Shown: piece after piece, positions 57,367 through 64,000 of the stretch | How the letters are laid out: the number at the start of each line of letters is the position of its first letter | Position numbering within the stretch: the first letter of the stretch is position 1 | Origin: Crocinitomicaceae bacterium | GTDB taxonomy: Bacteria > Bacteroidota > Bacteroidia > Flavobacteriales_D > Crocinitomicaceae | DNA length: 64,000 nucleotides | Assembly (NCBI GenBank): GCA_025210175.1 | Contig: JAOASF010000161.1 | Location: forward strand, 6,150 to 70,149 | Direction of reading: 5' to 3' | The notes under the pieces: generated by a model | Told to the model about the DNA's origin: nothing | The model's input: only the letters and a program-made list of their open reading frames with translations | Databases searched by the model: none | Program-made: the position numbers and the translations under genes

Positions 57367-58779
57367 ATGAAAAAAATCTGCCTTTTCTTACTGGTTCCCT
57401 TCTTGAGTTTGGCTCAAAATGAGATGGATACGGATCAAAAGTTTGCAAAGACAGTCGAACAAAGTCTGAATCTCTTTTATCAAGAATATGCAAAAGGAGC
57501 AAATTATGACTCCATCATTGCGGCCTTGAATTACGAAGCAAACGAGGTTCCTTCTTTTTCGGATGAGGTGTATTGTAAAAGAATACAGGCTCTTAAGGAA
57601 AGTAGCCCCATGCCTTTTGAATGCACGGAGTCTGCTCTTTCTGTGGTTAAATTTTTCGCTAAAAACCGTCGAAATTTTGTGAGAGTGGTGATGGGGAGAA
57701 GCTCATTGTATTTTGACCTCTTCGAAGAAACACTTTCTAAATATGGCCTACCAATTGAGCTGAAGTATTTATCGGTTATAGAAAGAGGTCTGCGCCCACA
57801 AGTGAGGTCCAGAGCGGGAGCAATGGGCTTGTGGCAATTCATGTATCGCACAGGGTTGATGTATGGTCTTACTGAAAATTCATACATCGATGAACGAATG
57901 GATCCGGTGAAATCGACCGATGCTGCCTGTCGCTACCTCAAGCAATTGTATGATATTTACGGAGATTGGTTTTTGGCCCTCGCTGCTTACAATGCAGGAC
58001 CAGGGAATGTAAACAAGGCGATTCGTCGCTCCGGTGGTAAAAAAACTTATTGGGAGGTTCGTCCTTATTTACCAAGAGAAACCCAAGGTTATGTGCCGAA
58101 CTTTATTGCAGCAACGTATTTAATTACGTACCACAAAGAACACAATATTATACCCTTCCCTAGCGATTTGCATTTGGCCCAGTTGGACACCATGTGTTTG
58201 AAAGAGGGAGTACAAATGGCTGAACTTTCTCGTTTGGTTGATTGGGATTTGGATGAAATAAAAGCGTTAAACCCAGTATACAAAACAGCCTACATACCAA
58301 AAACAGATCCACCACAGTGTATACAAGGTCCTTTGTCAAAAATTGGCGCATTGGTAAGCAAGGAAGCAGAACTTTACAGTGATAAGAAGTCTGAAACGGT
58401 TACGAACAATCAAGGTGAGGATGAAGAGGAGTTTGTAGATTCTGACGGTGATGAGTTCTTTTATCACACGGTAAAAAGAGGAGAATCCCTCGCAATCATT
58501 GCCAATAAATACGACATCAGTATCGATGAATTAAAAGAGTGGAACATGCTTACGAGCAACATGCTTTACACAGGCATGAAGCTCAAAATCATGGGAGAGG
58601 AACCGGAAGAACCGACGCCTCCACCTGCAACCACCAAGAAATATTATACCGTTAGAAGAGGTGATACCTTCAGTGTAATAGCTAGAAGGCACGGTTTAAC
58701 ACAAACTCAGTTAAAAAGGTTGAATCCTGGAATTAATGTTAGTAGATTAGACATCGGTCAGAAAATTCGAATACGTTAA
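57367..58779 (+). CDS. lytic murein transglycosylase (SLT domain) with two C-terminal LysM domains (MltD-like)
   Basis: SLT core ES.L....S.AGAMGLWQFM and AYNAGPGNV. The LysM units are YHTVKRGESLAIIANKYDISIDELKEWN and YYTVRRGDTFSVIARRHGLTQTQLKRLN. Confidence 0.85.
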   Translation: MKKICLFLLVPFLSLAQNEMDTDQKFAKTVEQSLNLFYQEYAKGANYDSIIAALNYEANEVPSFSDEVYCKRIQALKESSPMPFECTESALSVVKFFAKNRRNFVRVVMGRSSLYFDLFEETLSKYGLPIELKYLSVIERGLRPQVRSRAGAMGLWQFMYRTGLMYGLTENSYIDERMDPVKSTDAACRYLKQLYDIYGDWFLALAAYNAGPGNVNKAIRRSGGKKTYWEVRPYLPRETQGYVPNFIAATYLITYHKEHNIIPFPSDLHLAQLDTMCLKEGVQMAELSRLVDWDLDEIKALNPVYKTAYIPKTDPPQCIQGPLSKIGALVSKEAELYSDKKSETVTNNQGEDEEEFVDSDGDEFFYHTVKRGESLAIIANKYDISIDELKEWNMLTSNMLYTGMKLKIMGEEPEEPTPPPATTKKYYTVRRGDTFSVIARRHGLTQTQLKRLNPGINVSRLDIGQKIRIR

Positions 58780-59843
58780 TGAAAGCAAAATTTCTTTTAC
58801 TACTCATTCTTCCTTTTTTGCAAGCGTGTGAATGGAGAAAAGGAACCATGCCCACTGCCGAAGTAGCTGTAACTGGAAAAGTTGGTGAAATTTTAGTGGT
58901 TTGTGAGCAAGAAATTTGGGATTCCGAAGTGAGAGCCTGCTTGGATTCAAACCTTACGCAGTTTATCATGCCCTACTTCCCGGATGTGGCAACCTTTGAA
59001 TTGATTCACAAAACTCCCAAACATTTTACCCAAGGTGTTAAAAGGTACCGAAACACCATGTTCGTTAATCTAGATCCAACCTACAAGGGGGATAAGGGGA
59101 AGGTCGAAAAAAGAAAGGGTGTTTGGGCGACAGACCAATTGGTCATTGATATAACCGCCAAAAACATGGAGCAGTTGATTGAGACCTGTCAACGAAGCTT
59201 GCAATCCGTTCACAACGAGTTCGACTTGATAGAGTGGCAAAGAATTCAAAAGTATTACGAACGCACGCCCAATGCCTTTTTGGATAAAAAAATTGCTCAA
59301 AACTTTGGTATACAATTGGCCTTGCCCGATGAAACAAAGCTGGTGACAAGTCGAAAAAACTTCTTTCGGATGGAGTTTCCTAGTGCATCTCGCCCAATTG
59401 AATTTGTGGGACAGGGAAAACTAGATGCGGGATTGATTATTTCAGGGTTGATGATTTATCAATACCCTTTTATTGATTCGAGCCAAATGGAGTTGAAGAA
59501 CTTGTTGCAGGCCCGTGATACGATGTTGAAGTACAATGTTCCACTCGACTATGAGGGAATGTACATGGGTACGCAGTATGTAAAGCTGGTTTACCCAGAA
59601 GGAAACAACATGACTTCTTTTCTTGGCAAGGTGCCAGGGTATGAAATGAGAGGCATGTTTAAGTTCGTCGGAAAAGGAAAACATGGTGCCGGAGGGGCTT
59701 TTTGGTCTTTTCATTTCGTCCATCCGAAACGCAACAAGTTGATCTGCGTAAGTGGTTACGTTGATGCTCCTTCTACCACAAGTTGGACCCAGCCTCTACG
59801 AGAAGTACAAGCTATATTACAAAGCGTTAGAATATTAGAGTAG
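58779..59843 (+). CDS. lipoprotein of unknown function (possibly DUF4837 family)
   Basis: Lipobox-like LPFLQAC. The family assignment is from memory only. Start and stop overlap both neighbouring genes. Confidence 0.5.
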   Translation: MKAKFLLLLILPFLQACEWRKGTMPTAEVAVTGKVGEILVVCEQEIWDSEVRACLDSNLTQFIMPYFPDVATFELIHKTPKHFTQGVKRYRNTMFVNLDPTYKGDKGKVEKRKGVWATDQLVIDITAKNMEQLIETCQRSLQSVHNEFDLIEWQRIQKYYERTPNAFLDKKIAQNFGIQLALPDETKLVTSRKNFFRMEFPSASRPIEFVGQGKLDAGLIISGLMIYQYPFIDSSQMELKNLLQARDTMLKYNVPLDYEGMYMGTQYVKLVYPEGNNMTSFLGKVPGYEMRGMFKFVGKGKHGAGGAFWSFHFVHPKRNKLICVSGYVDAPSTTSWTQPLREVQAILQSVRILE

Positions 59844-60589
59844 TGAAACTATCCGTTCTCATCATTACCTTCAATGAGGAAAAGAACATCGAACGTTGCT
59901 TACAATCGGTGCAAGATGTTGCGGATGAAATAGTTGTAGTAGACTCTTATTCCAAGGACCGAACAAAGGAAATATGCGAAAAGTATGGTGTTCGCTTTAT
60001 TGAGAACCCTTTTGATGGACATATTCAGCAGAAAAATTTTGCCATTTCCTGTGCCACTCACCCTTATATTTTGAGCTTGGATGCCGACGAAGCCTTAACC
60101 AAAGAGTTGACGGCAAGTATTTTGGCAGAGAAAAAAGCGGGTTTTAAGGATGGTTACAAGCTAAACCGATTGACTAATTACTGTGGGCATTGGGTCAAAC
60201 ATTGTGGCTGGTATCCTGACACGAAAGTAAGATTGATCAATAAATCCAAAGGTGCTTGGCGAGGGGTAAACCCGCATGATCGATTGGACCTTGAAGAGGG
60301 AGCAGAGATTGGTCATTTGAAAGGAGATTTATTGCATTATAGCTATTATACCAAAGAAGATCATTTCAAACAGATCGAATATTTTGGTAAAATTGCCGCA
60401 AATGAGTTGCTTTTAAAGGGCAAACGAACCAACCCGTTTCAAATTGGCCTGAAAGTGATGGCGCAGCTCTTTAAAAGTTTGGTATTGAAAAGTGCGTATT
60501 TAGATGGTGTCACAGGCTGGAAAATAGCTTTTCGCTCTGCATACGCAACGTATCGTAAATACAAAATACTATGGGATCTCCAACACTAA
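59843..60589 (+). CDS. glycosyltransferase family 2 protein
   Basis: LSVLIITFNEE.NIERCL.S.......IVVVDS.S.D.T is the GT-A N-terminus, and a DADE (DxD-like) motif is present. Confidence 0.8.
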   Translation: MKLSVLIITFNEEKNIERCLQSVQDVADEIVVVDSYSKDRTKEICEKYGVRFIENPFDGHIQQKNFAISCATHPYILSLDADEALTKELTASILAEKKAGFKDGYKLNRLTNYCGHWVKHCGWYPDTKVRLINKSKGAWRGVNPHDRLDLEEGAEIGHLKGDLLHYSYYTKEDHFKQIEYFGKIAANELLLKGKRTNPFQIGLKVMAQLFKSLVLKSAYLDGVTGWKIAFRSAYATYRKYKILWDLQH

Positions 60590-61572
60590 TATTTCCGTCC
60601 AAAATCTTGATTTCAAGAACGGATAGCATTGGTGATGTAGTTTTAACACTTCCGTTATGCGCGTTCATCAAAAAGCATAGCCCCCAAACCAAAATTGTCT
60701 TTTTAGGGGCTAAGTATACGGTGCCTATCCTCGATGCCTGCCCTGCAATAGACGAGGTGTGGGACTGGAAGGAACTAGAAGCCAAGGAAGAAAAAGTGCG
60801 ATCCGAATTTTTGCAAGCTGCACAATTGGATGCCGTGTTACATGTTTTCCCGCGCAAGGAAATTGCCAAATGGACGAAGACGGCCAAAATACCACTTCGG
60901 ATAGGTACGTCACATCGATCCTTTCATCTTTTTACGTGCAATAAGCGTGTTTCATTTACGCGAAAAAATGCACAAGAATCGGAGGCACAATTGAATTTTC
61001 ATCTCTTGAGACCTTTCGGTTTAAAAACTTTGCCCACTTTAAGTGAGTTAAACCAAGAGGCTGTAATTGAGCGACCTAAGATTGATTTGCCCCTTCCATT
61101 GGCGACCAAAAAGAAGGTGGTTTTACATGCCAAATCACAAGGTTCTGCCGTTGAGTGGCCCTTGGAAAAATACACCGAACTTACCCATCGATTGATTGCT
61201 AGTGGCTATACGGTATATTGGACGGGAACGGAGAAAGAAGGAGAGCAAATACGCTCTGCGATCCCGATAGATGAAAACTGTGTGGACACTACCGGAAAGT
61301 TAACATTGACTGAATTAATGGTCTTGATTTCGGAAATGGACGCCTTGGTGGCTTGCTCCACTGGTCCATTACACATAGCCGGAGCATTGGGAACGAAAGC
61401 CATTGGTTTGTTTTCACCTCGTCGACCTATTCATCCGGGCAGGTGGCAACCGCTGGGCGTTAAAAGCCGTACCATAACTTCTAGAGATTTTTGTCCTTGT
61501 AAGTCGAAAGAAGCTTGCAAGTGTATAGATGTAATAGACGTGGATACTGTAATGAATGCCGTTCTTGCTTAA
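60571..61572 (+). CDS. glycosyltransferase family 9 protein (LPS heptosyltransferase-like)
   Basis: ILISRTDSIGDVVLTLP N-terminus and a C-terminal ...TGPLHIAGALGTK motif typical of GT9. Confidence 0.75.
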   Translation: MGSPTLIFPSKILISRTDSIGDVVLTLPLCAFIKKHSPQTKIVFLGAKYTVPILDACPAIDEVWDWKELEAKEEKVRSEFLQAAQLDAVLHVFPRKEIAKWTKTAKIPLRIGTSHRSFHLFTCNKRVSFTRKNAQESEAQLNFHLLRPFGLKTLPTLSELNQEAVIERPKIDLPLPLATKKKVVLHAKSQGSAVEWPLEKYTELTHRLIASGYTVYWTGTEKEGEQIRSAIPIDENCVDTTGKLTLTELMVLISEMDALVACSTGPLHIAGALGTKAIGLFSPRRPIHPGRWQPLGVKSRTITSRDFCPCKSKEACKCIDVIDVDTVMNAVLA

Positions 61573-62371
61573 AAACTTTTTCAATTTCTTGGTTCACTCC
61601 AATAGCTGGGTGGGCCTCACGGCAGCTTGTTTTTCGTTGATTGCGTCTGATTTTTTTCAAGCGCCATCACCCTTTTTCATCATCTTGTTTTCAACTCAGT
61701 TTTTATACTCTTTTCAGCGCCTGTTTAAATACCGAGTCCTAAAGGTATATCTTGGTCCTGAACGAGAAAGGTGGTATGAACGAAATGAACGATTCATGTG
61801 GGTTTGGATGTTTGTTAATGGACTACTTGCCTTGTGGCTGTTGTTTGGCAAAATAGAAGTTTTGAGTAACAACATCTGGAGCATCGTCTTTTTTGGTTCC
61901 ATTTCCCTGTTTTATGTGATTCCTTTTCGCAAGGGTTTGAATCTCCGAAATGTTCCTCTGGCCAAGGGGTTCTTGGTAACCTTGGTGTATGCATGGTTTA
62001 CTTTGTGGCTGTTCTATTCACAAATAAATCGCGATGATACCCCGTGGTTTTTATTGTACGGAAGTCTTTACGTTCTAGCTGCAACCTTGATGTTTGATTG
62101 GAGGGATCGACGATTGGACGATGAAAAAATTAGAACCATACCTCAATTAATCGGACGAAAAGCAAGCTTAGTTCTTGTAAGCCTGCTTTATATCATCAGT
62201 TTGGTTGGAATGTTCCGTTTGGGCTTGTTCAAGAGGGAGGTTTGCTTTGCCCTTGTATTACTGCACAATTTGGGAATTGTCATCATATACAGAAGAGAAA
62301 ACGCATTGATCGTGTCGTTAGTTTTTGAGGGACTTATGGCTCTTGTGGGCCTTGCGGCGTATTCTTTTTAA
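61556..62371 (+). CDS. polytopic membrane protein, weakly UbiA-prenyltransferase-like
   Basis: About 8 TM helices. A single Asp-rich stretch, DWRDRRLDDEKIRTIPQLIG, resembles the second UbiA motif. I could not see the first NxxxDxxxD motif. Confidence 0.4.
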   Translation: MPFLLKNFFNFLVHSNSWVGLTAACFSLIASDFFQAPSPFFIILFSTQFLYSFQRLFKYRVLKVYLGPERERWYERNERFMWVWMFVNGLLALWLLFGKIEVLSNNIWSIVFFGSISLFYVIPFRKGLNLRNVPLAKGFLVTLVYAWFTLWLFYSQINRDDTPWFLLYGSLYVLAATLMFDWRDRRLDDEKIRTIPQLIGRKASLVLVSLLYIISLVGMFRLGLFKREVCFALVLLHNLGIVIIYRRENALIVSLVFEGLMALVGLAAYSF

Positions 62372-63729
62372 CCAAATAGTAATCGTACGGCCTCTTCTAC
62401 TTTTCCGCACATTTCAATACTTATTTTGTGGTTTTTGGGATCAATACCTTTTGTGAATCGACTGATAATAATGCGTTCGAAGCCCAATTTTTCAGCTTCT
62501 GAAATACGTTGTTCCACTTTGCTTACCGGTCGGATCTCACCGGATAATCCTACTTCTCCTGCCAGAACGGTTTTGTTGTCGAGAGCGAGATTGGTGTTAG
62601 AGGAAAGTACTGCAGCCACAACTGCTAAGTCAATGGCGGGGTCGTCAATCTTAATTCCGCCCGTAACGTTCAAGAAGACATCCTTTGCTGCCAGCTTGAA
62701 TCCACAGCGCTTTTCCATTACTGCCAGCAGCATGTTTAACCGCTTGGCGTCAAAACCGGTAGAGGACCTTTGTGGAGTGCCATAGGCAGCCGTGCTTACC
62801 AAGGCTTGAATCTCCACAAGCAAAGGACGCATTCCCTCCATGGTTGCAGCGATAGAAATACCACTGAGGTTGTCGCTTTGATGGCTTAAAAGTACATCTG
62901 ACGGATCAATAACTTCGCGAAGACCTGTGCCCAACATTTCATAAATGCCCAATTCGTTGGTAGAACCAAAGCGATTTTTTATCGTCCGCAAAAGCCTGTA
63001 TACGTGATTTCTATCTCCTTCAAATTGAAGTACACAATCAACCATATGCTCCAAAACCTTTGGTCCGGCAAGTGAACCTTCCTTGGTAATATGACCAATT
63101 AGGAAAACGGGCACATTGGTGGTTTTTGAATAGCGCAGCAGTTGTGCTGTACATTCCTTGATTTGAGAAACACTTCCAGGGGAGCTTTCGATATCAGAGG
63201 AGTATAAGGTTTGAATGGAGTCTACCACCATCAGGTCAGGCTTGATGGCTTCAGCTTGCTCAAAAACGGCCTGCAAATTTGTTTCAGTAAGTATAAAACA
63301 AGCAGGATTCTCAATTCCTATGCGCTCGGCGCGCATTTTCACTTGTTGTTCGCTTTCTTCTCCTGAAACATAAAGAACCTTCAGAGGCATTTTACTTACG
63401 GCAAGTTGCAGAAGTAAGGTGGATTTTCCGATGCCCGGCTCACCTCCAAAAAGAATGAGGGATCCTGGAACCAACCCTCCACCCAAAACGCGGTTCAACT
63501 CCCCATCTTGTAAAAGAATACGAGGTGTCTCGCTTTTTTTAATTTCTTGAATATTCTGGGGTGTACTTTTACTCTGGGAGGTTGAAAACGCAACTACTTG
63601 AGGAACGTTTTTTTCGACTCTTTCTTCAACAAAGGTGTTCCACTCTTTACATCCTGGACATTTGCCCAACCATTTGGGTGCTTCGTATCCGCAATTCTGA
63701 CAGAAAAATGCTGTTTTGGTTTTTGCCAT
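62368..63729 (-). CDS. radA: DNA repair protein RadA (Sms)
   Basis: Zn finger CQNCGYEAPKWLGKCPGC, Walker A GGEPGIGKST, the KNRFG motif and a Lon-like C-terminal domain. Confidence 0.95.
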   Translation of the reverse strand: MAKTKTAFFCQNCGYEAPKWLGKCPGCKEWNTFVEERVEKNVPQVVAFSTSQSKSTPQNIQEIKKSETPRILLQDGELNRVLGGGLVPGSLILFGGEPGIGKSTLLLQLAVSKMPLKVLYVSGEESEQQVKMRAERIGIENPACFILTETNLQAVFEQAEAIKPDLMVVDSIQTLYSSDIESSPGSVSQIKECTAQLLRYSKTTNVPVFLIGHITKEGSLAGPKVLEHMVDCVLQFEGDRNHVYRLLRTIKNRFGSTNELGIYEMLGTGLREVIDPSDVLLSHQSDNLSGISIAATMEGMRPLLVEIQALVSTAAYGTPQRSSTGFDAKRLNMLLAVMEKRCGFKLAAKDVFLNVTGGIKIDDPAIDLAVVAAVLSSNTNLALDNKTVLAGEVGLSGEIRPVSKVEQRISEAEKLGFERIIISRFTKGIDPKNHKISIEMCGKVEEAVRLLFG

Positions 63730-63773
63730 GGGATAAAAATAATGAAAGCACTTAAGCGAAAGTTACTTCAAAC

Positions 63774-63806
63774 AAAAAGTGCCTCGGTTCTGCCGAGACA
63801 CTTTTC
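63774..63806 (-). terminator. intrinsic terminator after the upstream T9SS cargo gene
   Basis: Stem GTGCCTCGG/CCGAGACAC (one mismatch) extended by A-T pairs, with a T-run on the minus strand. Confidence 0.6.
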
Positions 63807-63824
63807 AAGCTATAGATAAAGATC

Positions 63825-64000
63825 TTACTCTTTTACGATTTTACGTGTAATGATTTGTCCGTCAACTTGTACACGTACCATATAAAAACCAGGCGTGAAG
63901 TCGCTGAGATTTATTTCAGTTTTTGATGAATTAACCTCGTTGGACTGGTACACCAACCTTCCATTTAAATCAACGATGGTAATTTGTTCAATTTGACCAT
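63825..64000 (-). CDS. C-terminal end of a secreted protein carrying a T9SS type A sorting domain; N-terminus lies beyond the right edge
   Basis: My translation reads ...GQIEQITIVDLNGRLVYQSNEVNSSKTEINLSDFTPGFYMVRVQVDGQIITRKIVKE*, a typical Por_Secre_tail. Confidence 0.75.
   Translation of the reverse strand, partial: GQIEQITIVDLNGRLVYQSNEVNSSKTEINLSDFTPGFYMVRVQVDGQIITRKIVKE

Overview
This looks like a chromosomal segment of a Bacteroidota (Flavobacteriia-like) genome. The evidence is several type IX secretion (T9SS) C-terminal sorting domains, a PorP/SprF gene, TAnnTTTG -7 promoter motifs, a three-gene sdhCAB/frdCAB-type succinate dehydrogenase and a long-form IspG. Most of the window is housekeeping: acyl-CoA carboxyltransferase (partial), holB, rnr, rpiB, folB, gltX, ybeY, mnmG, ispG, sdhCAB, tadA, mnmE, tatA, gatA, radA and one tRNA-Cys. 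Interspersed are five T9SS cargo genes. Three carry type A CTDs (6573-10661, 36135-37865, 63825-64000 partial) and two carry type B CTDs (21784-22719, 46113-51863). There are also two ECF sigma modules and one compact IS1595-like insertion sequence. I found no CRISPR array, rRNA, prophage or recognisable defence island. Six items deserve a second look. (1) An AT-rich 0.5 kb intergenic region at ~19.0-19.5 kb holds a dense, mostly co-oriented cluster of DnaA boxes exactly where coding-strand bias switches, so it is a candidate oriC without dnaA in view. (2) A 1299-aa protein fuses a beta-propeller/Y_Y_Y periplasmic sensor to a class III adenylate cyclase and an HD phosphohydrolase. (3) sdhB has an in-frame TGA at a conserved Fe-S ligand cysteine. 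(4) An ECF sigma gene is translationally coupled to a membrane-anchored protein that ends in a T9SS type B sorting domain. (5) A 1916-aa adhesin with 15 repeats is paired with a PorP/SprF protein that has a long SPOR-like C-terminal extension. (6) A promoter-plus-terminator unit at 1.4-1.6 kb may encode a small RNA. All product calls come from reading the translated ORFs against remembered family motifs. No searches were run.
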